Below, in pieces: positions 17,992 to 27,297 of a stretch of 64,000 bases of DNA (position 1 is the stretch's first letter; each line of letters opens with the position of its first letter). The notes beneath the pieces were generated by a model. It was not told the DNA's origin, searched no databases, and saw nothing but the letters and a program-made list of their open reading frames with translations. The stretch is from Methanobacteriota archaeon (GTDB lineage: Archaea; Thermoplasmatota; Thermoplasmata; RBG-16-68-12). The position numbers were made by a program, and so were the translations under genes. The DNA lies in the NCBI GenBank assembly GCA_005878615.1, contig VBLT01000105.1, forward strand, positions 3,414 through 67,413. Reading direction: 5' to 3'.

Positions 17992-18048
17992 TCCGTGCCC
18001 GAAGGCCCGCCGTTCGTTGTTTAATATTCGCGGTGAGTATCCGGACCC

Positions 18049-19260
18049 GTGGCCGACCTCCACGACATCGTGAAAGCCCACGAAGAGTGGAGGCTCCGCG
18101 AGGCGCTCAACCTTCAAGCGTCGGAAAATGTGATGAGTGATGCCGCGCGATCTCTCCTCAGCTCGGACTTCGCGCATCGGTACACACTCCCCGACGACCT
18201 GGTCCCTTCTCTTGCAGGACTGAAGAACGCGTACCGCGGGACGAAACACACGGATGCGATGGAAGAGCTGGCCGAGCGGCACGCCCGTGAGGTGTTCCGC
18301 TCGGCGTTCGCTTCTCTCAAACCGTTGTCCGGCCACCTCGCGGGCTTCCTCTTACTGCAAGCCTGTTGCAAGCGAGGCGATCGGATCTTGGTCATCTCCG
18401 CCGCACACGGCGGATACGACGGCTACATGCCGGGGTTCCTGCCCGAGTACCTCGGCCTCGATGTCCAATTTCTCCCTTTCGACCCACCGGTGTGGAACGT
18501 CGATCCGAAGGCCGCCGCGGACCTGATCATCGAGACGAGGCCACGGCTCGTGCTCCTCGGCGCGAGCTTCATCCTGTTCCCGTACAACCTGCGGTGGCTC
18601 CGCGGAGCGTGCGACGACGTCGGAACGATCTTGGGCTACGATGCCTCCCATGTGCTCGGCCTGATCGCCGGGGGCGAATTCCAGAAGCCGATGTTGGAGG
18701 GCGTCGATGTCCTCAGCGCGAGCACCCACAAGTCGTTCCCGGGACCGCAGGGCGGCTTGTTCCTTTCGAACCGCAAGGACCTGTTCGAGCGGGCGATGGG
18801 CAGCTTCCTGTGGCGGATCCAAGATAATGCCCACTGGAACCGGATCGCTGCCACGGCACAGGTCCTCCGGGAGATGAAAGAGTTCGGGCCCGCCTACGCG
18901 AGACAGGTGGTCACCAACTCGAGAGTGCTCGCGAGCCAACTGGACAAATGGGGTTTGCCAGTGAAGTTTGCATCCCAGGGCTTTTCCGCGACGCATCAGA
19001 TCCACGTCGACCTGGAGGCGTTGAAAGAAAAATGGGGCCTCGGTCCCGCGGACTTCGCGGACCGGCTCGAGGCGAACAACCTCATCGTCGACGCGGTCGG
19101 CCGGATCGGGACGGCGGAGATCACCCGGATGGGCGCGACGGAGGACGACATGCAGGTCATCGCGGGGCTCATCGTCCGCGCGGGCCGCGCCGAAGATGTC
19201 CGGACCGAGGTCGCAGAGGTGCGCTCGCGACTCCGGCTCTCCTTCGCCTTCCCTCCTTGA
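18049..19260 (+). CDS. glyA: serine hydroxymethyltransferase (archaeal type)
   Basis: 403 aa. N-terminal LNLQASENV; PLP-lysine region T-H-K-S-F-P-G-P-Q-G-G. GTG start. Confidence 0.9.
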   Translation: MADLHDIVKAHEEWRLREALNLQASENVMSDAARSLLSSDFAHRYTLPDDLVPSLAGLKNAYRGTKHTDAMEELAERHAREVFRSAFASLKPLSGHLAGFLLLQACCKRGDRILVISAAHGGYDGYMPGFLPEYLGLDVQFLPFDPPVWNVDPKAAADLIIETRPRLVLLGASFILFPYNLRWLRGACDDVGTILGYDASHVLGLIAGGEFQKPMLEGVDVLSASTHKSFPGPQGGLFLSNRKDLFERAMGSFLWRIQDNAHWNRIAATAQVLREMKEFGPAYARQVVTNSRVLASQLDKWGLPVKFASQGFSATHQIHVDLEALKEKWGLGPADFADRLEANNLIVDAVGRIGTAEITRMGATEDDMQVIAGLIVRAGRAEDVRTEVAEVRSRLRLSFAFPP

Positions 19261-19415
19261 CCGCCGCAAGTCTTTAGCATCTCGCACTGATTCCGGGGAA
19301 GCCTTGTGGGGGCGGGTCGTCGTGCGATCTAACTTAACGGAGCGCAGCAACATAGGGGACGTGTCCCGGGAATTTCTGCAGGTAAACGAACGGTCGCGCG
19401 GACGGAGGCGCTAGG

Positions 19416-21128
19416 ATGGACATCGACCGCCGAGAATTCCTTCGCCTCGGGGCGACGGCCACGGCCGCGACGGCCGCTGCCGGGATCGCGCCGCCGCTTC
19501 TCCGTGCCGTCCCCGAGATGCGGCCTGAGGTGCCCGGCATGGAGATCGAAGAAGCGACGATCGCCGAGCTCCAAGCCGCGATGGCGGCGGGCCGGTTGTC
19601 GGCCGTCCGCCTGACGCGGACCTACGAGCACCGGATCGAGGCGCTCGATCGTAACGGTCCGAGCCTCAACTCGATTCTCCAAGTCAATCCCGATGCCGGA
19701 TCGATTGCGAGAGGGCTCGACCGGGAGCGGCGAGCGGGTCAGGTCCGCGGGCCCCTCCATGGGATCCCGGTGCTCCTGAAAGACAACATTGACACCGCGG
19801 ACCAGATGATGACCACCGCCGGATCTTTAGCGCTCGTCGGACCGGCCCCGGCCCAGGACGCGACCGTGGCCGCCAACCTTCGGGCGGCCGGCGCGATCAT
19901 CTTGGGGAAGACGAACATGAGCGAGTGGGCCAATTTCCGGTCCTTCCATTCGTCGAGCGGTTGGAGCGGGCGCGGAGGTCAGTGCCGAAACCCATACTAC
20001 TTGGACCGGAATCCCTGCGGATCCAGCTCGGGCTCCGGCATCGCGTCATCGGCGAACCTGACCGCCGGTTCCGTCGGCACCGAGACGGACGGTTCGATCG
20101 TATGTCCCGCGTCAATCTGCGGCATCGTTGGGATCAAGCCCACCGTCGGACTCACCAGCCGGGCCGGGGTTGTTCCGATCTCCCATAGCCAAGACACGAT
20201 TGGGCCGCACGCGCGGACCGTCGCCGACGCGGCCACCCTGCTCGGGGGCATGGCGAGCAAGGATCCCGACCCGCGAGACCCGGCCACGAACGACAACCGG
20301 GACAAAGTCTACTCCGACTACACCCAATTCCTCGATCCCACCGGGCTCAGCGGCGCCCGGATCGGGGTGGCTCGCAAAGGTGTGACGGGCTACAGCGAGG
20401 AGACCGACGGCGTTTTGGAATCCGCGATTCACTCGATCCAGAACGCAGGAGCGACGGTCGTCGACCCGGCCGACATCCCGACGATCGACCAGATCAATCA
20501 GGGCGCGGAGGAAATCACCGTCCTCGTCTATGAATTCAAGCGGGACCTGAACGCGTACCTCGCCTCGCGGAGCGGGGTGCCGATCGCCACGCTCGCGGAG
20601 GCCATCGCCTTCAACCTGGATCACAAGGATTCCGAACTGAAGTGGTTCGGGCAGGAATGGTTCGAGTTCGCGGAGTCCGATCCGTATTCCGAGGCAGACT
20701 ACAACACCGCCCTCGCCGAGGAGCGTCGAATCGGCGGTCCCGACGGCATCGATGCGGCCCTCGCGAAAGACAATCTGGACGCCCTAATCGCGCCGACCGG
20801 ATCTCCGGCTTGGCCGACCGATCTCGTGAACGGCGACCATTTCACCGGCGCGAGCTCGTCGCCCGCGGCGATCGCGGGGTATCCGGTCATCAACGTCCCG
20901 GCGGGGATGGCGTTCGGCCTCCCGGTGGGGATCTCCTTCATGGGGACCGCGTTCGGCGAACCGAAGCTCATCAAACTCGCGTCCGGTTTCGAGGCGGCCA
21001 CGAAAGCCCGCGTGAAACCGAAGTTCGTTCCGAGCCTCCCCCTCGACGGGTCCGTTCGGCGGCGCGATCGCGATGGGGACGAAGACCGGCTCTCGTCCGG
21101 ACCTTCACTCGCCCTGCGTCACATTTGA
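19416..21128 (+). CDS. amidase-signature family amidase with Tat signal peptide
   Basis: 570 aa. Twin-arginine motif RREFLRLGATATAATAAAG; amidase signature GGSSGG-like (CGSSSGSGIASSANL); Ser-cisSer-Lys triad context. Confidence 0.8.
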   Translation: MDIDRREFLRLGATATAATAAAGIAPPLLRAVPEMRPEVPGMEIEEATIAELQAAMAAGRLSAVRLTRTYEHRIEALDRNGPSLNSILQVNPDAGSIARGLDRERRAGQVRGPLHGIPVLLKDNIDTADQMMTTAGSLALVGPAPAQDATVAANLRAAGAIILGKTNMSEWANFRSFHSSSGWSGRGGQCRNPYYLDRNPCGSSSGSGIASSANLTAGSVGTETDGSIVCPASICGIVGIKPTVGLTSRAGVVPISHSQDTIGPHARTVADAATLLGGMASKDPDPRDPATNDNRDKVYSDYTQFLDPTGLSGARIGVARKGVTGYSEETDGVLESAIHSIQNAGATVVDPADIPTIDQINQGAEEITVLVYEFKRDLNAYLASRSGVPIATLAEAIAFNLDHKDSELKWFGQEWFEFAESDPYSEADYNTALAEERRIGGPDGIDAALAKDNLDALIAPTGSPAWPTDLVNGDHFTGASSSPAAIAGYPVINVPAGMAFGLPVGISFMGTAFGEPKLIKLASGFEAATKARVKPKFVPSLPLDGSVRRRDRDGDEDRLSSGPSLALRHI

Positions 21129-21179
21129 ACGCGGCGTTCGGTGGACAAAGGCCATATGTCGTGGCCTCGTTAGCCCGCT

Positions 21180-22190
21180 GTGGCTGGGCCGGATCGATAT
21201 CGCCGACAGACCGTCCTCCCGGAAATTGGGGCGAAGGGCCAGCGGGCCCTTGGCTCGTCCCGCGTCGCGATCGTCGGCCTGGGCGCCCTCGGGAGCGTGT
21301 CTTCCGACTTGCTGGTCCGAGCCGGGGTCGGTCGCGTGCGCCTCGTCGACCGTGATGTGGTCGAACTCGTGAACCTGCAGCGACAAACCTTGTACTCCGA
21401 GGCGGACGTCGAAACGCCGAAGGCGGAGGCCGCCGCGAGACGGCTTCAAAGCGTGAACGCCGCGGTCCGCGTGGAGGCGGTCCCTCGCGATGTCCACTCC
21501 GGAACCGTACGGGAGATTCTGGCCGACATCGATGCGATCATCGATGGGACCGACAATCTCGAGACGAGGTTCCTCTTGAACGAAGCGGCCATGGACCGCG
21601 GCATCCCTCTGGTCTACGGAGGCGCCATCGCAACGTACGGGATGGTCTTCGCGATCCGCTCTCCGGAGACGGCGTGCTTCCGCTGTTTCAATCCGAACGC
21701 GCCCCCACCGGGAAGCCTGCCGACCTGCGAGACCGCGGGCATCTTCAACGCGGTCTCCGCCGAGGTCGGAGCGATTCAGGCGGGAGAGGCGATTCGCGTC
21801 CTCGTTGGACAGGCCCCATCGGGCGACCTCCTCGTCATCGACGGATGGCGTCCGGAGATCCAGAGGATTCACCTCGCCCGCCGCCGCGATTGTGCCGCGT
21901 GCGGGAGGGGAGAGCGCGAATACCTCGGCGCACGACGATCCCAGGTACTCGCCTCAATTTGTGGCAGCGACACGATCTCGCTCGATCCGATCCGTTCGGG
22001 CACGATCGATCTGGACGGCCTCGGGCGTCGGCTGGAGGCACTCGGATCTGCCCGCAGGGCCGGGGGCGTCCTCCTCGTCGATGTCGAGGGTCGACGGCTC
22101 ACGGTGTTCGCGGACGGACGCGCGCTCATTCGAGGGGTCAAGGACGAGACGGAGGCGCGTGCAGTGTACGCCAAATATGTGGGGATCTGA
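21180..22190 (+). CDS. ThiF/MoeB/HesA-family E1-like adenylyltransferase with extra C-terminal domain
   Basis: Rossmann VAIVGLGALGS; ThiF core; CxxC (CAACGRG). Non-rhodanese ~90-aa C-terminal domain that is paralogous to the small ORF at 22860. Confidence 0.8.
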   Translation: MAGPDRYRRQTVLPEIGAKGQRALGSSRVAIVGLGALGSVSSDLLVRAGVGRVRLVDRDVVELVNLQRQTLYSEADVETPKAEAAARRLQSVNAAVRVEAVPRDVHSGTVREILADIDAIIDGTDNLETRFLLNEAAMDRGIPLVYGGAIATYGMVFAIRSPETACFRCFNPNAPPPGSLPTCETAGIFNAVSAEVGAIQAGEAIRVLVGQAPSGDLLVIDGWRPEIQRIHLARRRDCAACGRGEREYLGARRSQVLASICGSDTISLDPIRSGTIDLDGLGRRLEALGSARRAGGVLLVDVEGRRLTVFADGRALIRGVKDETEARAVYAKYVGI

Positions 22191-22191
22191 G

Positions 22192-22863
22192 ATGCCCCAC
22201 AAAGGAGTCCTCCTGTTGAGCGGGGGATTCGATAGTCCCGTCGCGGGCGATTTGATGGCCCGTCAGGGCCTCGGCCTCGTCGCGGCCCACTTTTCCCTCG
22301 AGCCGATCACCGACGAAGCCGCAGCGGTCAAGGCGCGGACCTTGTGCGGGATCCTTGGGATCCCGTCGCTCTATGTCGTGCGGGTCGGCACCGCCTTTGC
22401 GGAAGTGGCCCACGCCGCGAACCGCCGATTCTATTTCGTCCTGACGAAACGACTCATGGTGCGGCTCGCCGACGCCCTCGCGGACCGAGAACGCGCGGAC
22501 GTGCTGGTGACCGGCGAGAACCTCGGGCAAGTGTCGAGCCAGACGCTGGCGAGCCTCCGGGCGATCGACGCGGTCGCACGGCGCCCGGTGCTGCGTCCCC
22601 TGATTGGGTTCGACAAGCAGGAAGTGGTGGATCGCGCTCGGGAGATCGGGACGTACGAGGTCTCCAAGGGCCCCGAGATTTGCGATCTCCTCGGCCCGAG
22701 CCGACCGTCGACTCACGCGCGAATGGATCAGATCCTCGGCGAGGAAGCGAAACTCGATCTGGAGCGTCTCGTGGCGATGTGCCTTGACCGCGTGGAGGCG
22801 GAAAAGTTCATGGGGCACGGCCCCGCTCGATCAAGCTCCTCCGAATTGCAAGGGGCCTCATGA
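22192..22863 (+). CDS. ThiI-like PP-loop ATPase (ThiI C-terminal domain only; no THUMP)
   Basis: PP-loop SGGFDSPVA; ThiI-type VLVTGENLGQVSSQTLASL motif. ATG at 22192, 1 nt after the ThiF stop. Confidence 0.7.
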   Translation: MPHKGVLLLSGGFDSPVAGDLMARQGLGLVAAHFSLEPITDEAAAVKARTLCGILGIPSLYVVRVGTAFAEVAHAANRRFYFVLTKRLMVRLADALADRERADVLVTGENLGQVSSQTLASLRAIDAVARRPVLRPLIGFDKQEVVDRAREIGTYEVSKGPEICDLLGPSRPSTHARMDQILGEEAKLDLERLVAMCLDRVEAEKFMGHGPARSSSSELQGAS

Positions 22864-23144
22864 CCTACTATCTCCTCAAGCCCTGTCGGACGGCGACCGC
22901 TTTCATTTCGAGTCTGAAACAGGCGCGTCGCGTCGATCTGGGCGCGGCTGCAGAACGGCTCCGGCAGAACGGATGGGCCGTGACCGATGTGAAGGTCATG
23001 TTGATCCTCGAGGGTGAGCCCGAGCTCACCGTCTACGAGAGCGGGAAGATCCTCGTCAAAACCGACGACGAGAGGACGGCACGAACGGCGATTGATCGGG
23101 TGTATCAGGCCATGGGACTTTCCGCGCCCATCGCGACTGCGTGA
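22860..23144 (+). CDS. small stand-alone paralog of the ThiF C-terminal domain (possible beta-grasp-like E1 accessory domain)
   Basis: 94 aa. VMLILEGEPELTVYESGKILVKTDDERTARTAIDRVYQAMG aligns by eye with the ThiF C-terminus VLLVDVEGRRLTVFADGRALIRGVKDETEARAVYAKYVG. No C-terminal GG. Confidence 0.45.
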   Translation: MTYYLLKPCRTATAFISSLKQARRVDLGAAAERLRQNGWAVTDVKVMLILEGEPELTVYESGKILVKTDDERTARTAIDRVYQAMGLSAPIATA

Positions 23145-23168
23145 GTGTCGTCCTTCAACGCCGCCGCG

Positions 23169-24278
23169 TCAACCGCGGAATGCAAGGATGACGACGTCCA
23201 CGACGAAAAGGAGGACGACGAGGAGTTCCACGAGGAGGAGCCTCCGAGCCTCGAGTTCGGAGTGTGCCACTTCGTAGATCTCGCTGAGGTCCCTCATCTT
23301 GTCCGCGACGTTCTTTCTCCAGGACTCGAGTTCGAACTTGCGGACGCACGCCCGGTACACCTTCCCGAGAAACCAGTCGCCCCAGAGCTTCGAAATGTTG
23401 TCGACTTGAAACGTCGCCTCCGCTAGGTCCATTCGAATCTCCGCGAGCTCCTTGACCGTGTCGTGGCCGCTGCGGAGGATCGAGCTCCGGGCGAACAGGT
23501 CCTCCAGGTCATCATAGGCCTTGTCCACGACCTTGTCCAGGTATGCATCGTAGGTCCGCATCTCAAGGAGCTGAAGGTTCGCGAGTTCGAAGACGGTGAG
23601 CGTGTCTTCGTAGGCTGCACTCGGCTCCACGACGAGCGCCGCGTCCCACTCGAGGACGACGAGATCATCCTGGTAGTACGAAAACCAGTTTCGCCATGTG
23701 TCCTCGACCTCCTCGTCGCTGATCGCATCCGGCCGCGGATCGTTCGCCAGGAGAGCCGTGACCTCCCGCCGCCACGTCGTGGAGAACTCCCGGACCGGGG
23801 TCTCGGTGACGGAGACGCAGTACACCGTGTACGGCTCCGGTTCGACCCTCGCATCGTACGCGTCATGGAGGAACGGCACGAGGTCCTCGATGATTCGCTC
23901 GGCGAGCCCGCCACAGTATTCGTTCAGATTTCGCTCGCGGCCGTCCTCCAGGATCCGAAGGCTCGCGAAGGGCCTTAGGTCGCGGAGGACCGCCGCCTCG
24001 AAGGGAACTCGAACGACGATCGCGAGGGCGCCGACGCCATACAGTTTCACCCCGATCGAAGCGGTCAGGGGTCCGAGGTTCGTCGCAAGGCCCCGCTGAT
24101 CGAGGAACACGAGCAGCGGTTGCGCGAATCGGGCGTACCGCGGTGCGGCCCGCTCCGATGGGAAGCGACCGGAGAGGAAGGGCATGTCGATGGTCTTTTG
24201 GATTTCGTCGAGGTCCACTGAGGCACCGATGTCGAAGAGTCGGTAGAAGACGACTTCCCCCTTCATTGCCGCGCGCAA
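23169..24278 (-). CDS. DUF155/Rmd1-like protein with C-terminal TM anchor
   Basis: 369 aa soluble domain followed by a single C-terminal hydrophobic helix (LLLVELLVVLLFVVDVVILAF). Family assignment from memory of Rmd1/YagE architecture; moderate certainty. Confidence 0.45.
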   Translation of the reverse strand: MRAAMKGEVVFYRLFDIGASVDLDEIQKTIDMPFLSGRFPSERAAPRYARFAQPLLVFLDQRGLATNLGPLTASIGVKLYGVGALAIVVRVPFEAAVLRDLRPFASLRILEDGRERNLNEYCGGLAERIIEDLVPFLHDAYDARVEPEPYTVYCVSVTETPVREFSTTWRREVTALLANDPRPDAISDEEVEDTWRNWFSYYQDDLVVLEWDAALVVEPSAAYEDTLTVFELANLQLLEMRTYDAYLDKVVDKAYDDLEDLFARSSILRSGHDTVKELAEIRMDLAEATFQVDNISKLWGDWFLGKVYRACVRKFELESWRKNVADKMRDLSEIYEVAHSELEARRLLLVELLVVLLFVVDVVILAFRG

Positions 24279-24310
24279 GCTGGCGGGGCGTCTTAAGGGC
24301 TCCGGTAAGC

Positions 24311-25096
24311 CTACTCGCCGTACCGCCGCTGGCGCATTTGATAGGATCGAAGGGCCCGCAAGAAATCGATCTTACGGAATCCGGGCCAGTAGACATCGAC
24401 GAAGTAGAGTTCCGAGTACGCGAGTTGCCACAGGAGGAAATTCGAGATCCGCTCTTCCCCGCTCGTCCTAAGGACCAGGTCCGGGTCCGGGAGATCCGCG
24501 GTGTACAGCCGCTTCGAGAAGAATTTCTCGTCCACGTCTTCCGGGTCCACCTTGCCCGCCCGCGCATCCTGGACCACGTCGCGGATGGCCCGAAGGATCT
24601 CTTCGCGGCCGCCGTATGCGACCGCGACGTTGAAGCGATACTGGTCATAGGCCTTCGTCCGACCCTCCGCGTACTCGATCGCCTCGATGACTTCGGGCGG
24701 CAGCAGTTCGCGGTTTCCGAACACGCTCACGCGGATTTGGTGACGGTGGACCCGGTCGTCGTCGCCCACGCGCCGAAAGTTCTCCGCGAACAGGTGCATG
24801 AGGTGCTCGACTTCCTCGTTCGCGCGACGGATGTTTTCCGTCGAGAACGCGAACACGGTCAAGATCCGGACGCCCACCTCGAGGCACCATTCGAGGACCT
24901 CCTCGAGCTTGTCCCGACCTTTCACATGTCCGTCCAACACATTCCCCAGGCCGATCTCCCGGGCGAATCGGCGGTTCCCGTCCATGATGATCGCCACGTG
25001 GTGGGGGACCACGGCCTGCTTGACCTGATGGAGGAGCCGACGTTCGTAGGCCTGGTAGGCCGCGTCGCTGATGATCTTCGAGATGTCCGTCGGCAC
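24311..25096 (-). CDS. uppS: cis-prenyltransferase (undecaprenyl-diphosphate synthase family)
   Basis: HVAIIMDGNRRFA and FAFSTENIRR motifs. Confidence 0.85.
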   Translation of the reverse strand: MPTDISKIISDAAYQAYERRLLHQVKQAVVPHHVAIIMDGNRRFAREIGLGNVLDGHVKGRDKLEEVLEWCLEVGVRILTVFAFSTENIRRANEEVEHLMHLFAENFRRVGDDDRVHRHQIRVSVFGNRELLPPEVIEAIEYAEGRTKAYDQYRFNVAVAYGGREEILRAIRDVVQDARAGKVDPEDVDEKFFSKRLYTADLPDPDLVLRTSGEERISNFLLWQLAYSELYFVDVYWPGFRKIDFLRALRSYQMRQRRYGE

Positions 25097-25119
25097 CTAC
25101 GGATGCCCACGAATCACGC

Positions 25120-25129
25120 CCTATTTATC
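25120..25129 (-). promoter_or_regulatory. TATA-like box for leaderless uppS transcript
   Basis: CTATTTATCC centred ~27 nt upstream of uppS ATG (25096 on the minus strand). This geometry is typical of archaeal leaderless mRNAs. Confidence 0.35.
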
Positions 25130-25232
25130 CATTCGCGGCGGGCTATCCCACCATTGGGACCACCGACGCAGCCTTGTGAATTTCCGACCGGTGGGAAGCG
25201 GCGTTCTCGGGCCCGTCGTTCACCCGCAAACC

Positions 25233-25263
25233 TTTAAGTACGGTGCCTAGTTGGTCCAACTAG
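25233..25263 (+). promoter_or_regulatory. TATA-like box (TTTAAGTA) followed by perfect 8-1-8 palindrome CTAGTTGG-t-CCAACTAG upstream of the TPD-family gene
   Basis: Palindrome 25247..25263 lies between the putative TATA (25233-25240) and ATG 25301, overlapping the expected TSS. This position is consistent with an operator. Confidence 0.4.
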
Positions 25264-25300
25264 TTCCCCCGTCTTTCAGTGTGGTCTAGTGGCCTTATCG

Positions 25301-26137
25301 ATGAAATTAGTTGAATATCAAGACCTCTACGGCAAGCTCGGGACGGCGCAGGACATCGATTTCTTGGCCGAAAACTTCGGCTATGACAAGGAACTCCTGC
25401 TCGTGATCTACACCCAGCGGGTCGTCCGAGACACGACGAAGAAGTTCTATCGAGTGAAGGCGCAAGCCCGTCGGTTGGCCTTCATGTGGCAGAACGGGAC
25501 GAGCCTCCTCGAGATCGCGCGGCGTTTCGACTTCCCCGCGATCCTCACCGCCCTCATGGTCTTGGAACAGCGTCGGATCTCCCGCAAGAATTTCTGGAAG
25601 ATGATCAACGACATCGACTCGGTCAAGGATCGGCGCCTGCGCCGCGAGCTCGACGAGGTCAATCGAGCCGACATCGTGTACTCGCCCGGGGGGACGGCCC
25701 GGCAGTATGCCCGCGGTCGATGGGGGGAGGCGAAACTTCACACATGGCTGAACGCCCGCGGCCTTGAATACGAAACGGAGAAGGACCTCCGAGCGAAGTA
25801 CGACAAGACTCCCGACATCCTCCTCCACAAACCCCTCGAGATGAACGGTTCCAGGAAGTACTGGATCGAATCGAAGGCCACGTTCGGCGACCCGTACGAA
25901 ATCCGGCGGCACATCAAGAAACAGCTCCAGCCGTACAGCGACCTGTTCGGGGACGGGGCCGTCGTCTACTGGTTCGGGCACGTGGACGATCAGCCGTACG
26001 CCCTGCCGGAAGGGGTCGACATCGTGAGCCCGACGTTCTTCGAGGCGCCGCCCGTTCCGTTTCCGTACGCGCCCGTCGGCGAGACCCGGCCCGAGGATCG
26101 GTCTCTCGTCGCGGACGCCGTCGATCTCCCGGAGTGA
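25301..26137 (+). CDS. TPD-domain protein (C15orf41/CDIN1-like predicted PD-(D/E)xK nuclease with N-terminal HTH)
   Basis: Contains the family-naming T-P-D motif within D-K-T-P-D-I-L-L-H-K-P ... W-I-E-S-K (PD...ExK arrangement). N-terminal helical region. ATG 25301 preferred over listed GTG 25289. Confidence 0.55.
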   Translation: MKLVEYQDLYGKLGTAQDIDFLAENFGYDKELLLVIYTQRVVRDTTKKFYRVKAQARRLAFMWQNGTSLLEIARRFDFPAILTALMVLEQRRISRKNFWKMINDIDSVKDRRLRRELDEVNRADIVYSPGGTARQYARGRWGEAKLHTWLNARGLEYETEKDLRAKYDKTPDILLHKPLEMNGSRKYWIESKATFGDPYEIRRHIKKQLQPYSDLFGDGAVVYWFGHVDDQPYALPEGVDIVSPTFFEAPPVPFPYAPVGETRPEDRSLVADAVDLPE

Positions 26138-26149
26138 TGGACCCCGCAA

Positions 26150-26488
26150 ATGTTTAAGCCATCCCTCCCCATCGATGCGGGAGTGGTGGAAGAAGAGGTC
26201 GTCCGCGTCCGGATGCCTCGCACGAAAGACGGCGAGATTCTCGGGATTGCGGACCAGCTCCTCGGCGCGTCCCGGGTCCGCGTCATGTGCGCGGACGGGA
26301 AGAGCCGGCTCGGTCGGATCCCGGGGAAGCTGAAGAAGCGGATGTGGATCCGCGAGGGGGACCTCCTCGTCGTCAAGGTCTGGCAATTCCAGGACGAGAA
26401 GTGCGACATCAAGCACCGATACACGAAGACCGAGGCCAGCTACATGGCCCGTCGCGGCGTCATCCCCAAGTCGATCAACGTCTTCTGA
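26150..26488 (+). CDS. eif1a: translation initiation factor 1A (aIF-1A)
   Basis: 112 aa S1-like OB fold (VVRVRMPRTKDGEILGIADQLLGASRVRVMCADGKSRLGRIPGKLKKRMWIREGD). Confidence 0.9.
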   Translation: MFKPSLPIDAGVVEEEVVRVRMPRTKDGEILGIADQLLGASRVRVMCADGKSRLGRIPGKLKKRMWIREGDLLVVKVWQFQDEKCDIKHRYTKTEASYMARRGVIPKSINVF

Positions 26489-26504
26489 CCCCACAAAGCT
26501 CTTA

Positions 26505-27296
26505 GTGGACCGGGCCGTTCGTTTTTCCGACGTGATCGACGACCGACGCATGCGGCATCTCGAGTCCCAGGTCGATGCGCTCCGGACGAGGCAGAAAGAC
26601 AGCGCGACGCGCAAGACCTACGACCAAGTGTTCGACCACGCCGCCCTTCTGACCATCGCCTCCCTCATCAGCGACGGCGTCATCTCGACCCTCGATTATC
26701 CGGTGAGCACCGGCAAGGAGGCGAACGTGTTCCACGCGACCGACGGGTCCGGCCGGGGCAAGGCGTTGAAGATCTACCGGATCGCGACGGCCACCTTTCG
26801 AAACATCGCCATGTATATCGAGGGCGATCCCCGGTTCAAACGCATCAAGAGGGCCACGAAACCGACGATCTTCGCTTGGGCCCAAAAGGAATACAAGAAT
26901 CTCGTCCGAATGGGCGATGCGGGGGTTCGCGTGCCGATTCCGGAGCGGGTCTTGGACAACATCGTGGTCATGGAATACATCGGCGACGAGACGCAGCCTG
27001 CGCCTTCTTTGCGGGAGGTGTCGTTGGATTCACCGGCGTCCGCCTATCGAGACGTCGTCACGAACTTGCGGGGCATCCGGAAGTCGAAGCTCGTTCACGC
27101 CGACATGAGCGAGTACAACCTCCTCTGGTGGCAGGACCGTATCGTCGTGATCGATGTGGGCCAGGCGGTTCCGCTGGATCATCCTCGTGCCGAGGAATGG
27201 TTTCGGCGGGACGTGGCGAATATCGCCCGGTTCTTCAAACGACTCCGTGTCGATGTGACGCCGGCATCGCTCGAGCAAGAGATCCTCCGAGACTGA
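26505..27296 (+). CDS. rio1: RIO-type serine/threonine kinase (Rio1)
   Basis: STGKEANVF ATP-binding motif; catalytic LVHADMSEYN; metal-binding IDVGQAV. Confidence 0.85.
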   Translation: MDRAVRFSDVIDDRRMRHLESQVDALRTRQKDSATRKTYDQVFDHAALLTIASLISDGVISTLDYPVSTGKEANVFHATDGSGRGKALKIYRIATATFRNIAMYIEGDPRFKRIKRATKPTIFAWAQKEYKNLVRMGDAGVRVPIPERVLDNIVVMEYIGDETQPAPSLREVSLDSPASAYRDVVTNLRGIRKSKLVHADMSEYNLLWWQDRIVVIDVGQAVPLDHPRAEEWFRRDVANIARFFKRLRVDVTPASLEQEILRD

Positions 27297-27297
27297 C

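Noticed and set aside
25281-25292. tRNA-like 12-mer GTGGTCTAGTGG (identical to the 5' D-arm of both tRNA-Val genes) just upstream of the TPD gene
   Set aside because: No acceptor stem, anticodon arm or T arm follows. It is most likely a chance match, or at best a vestige of a tRNA fragment. It is not a tRNA gene.
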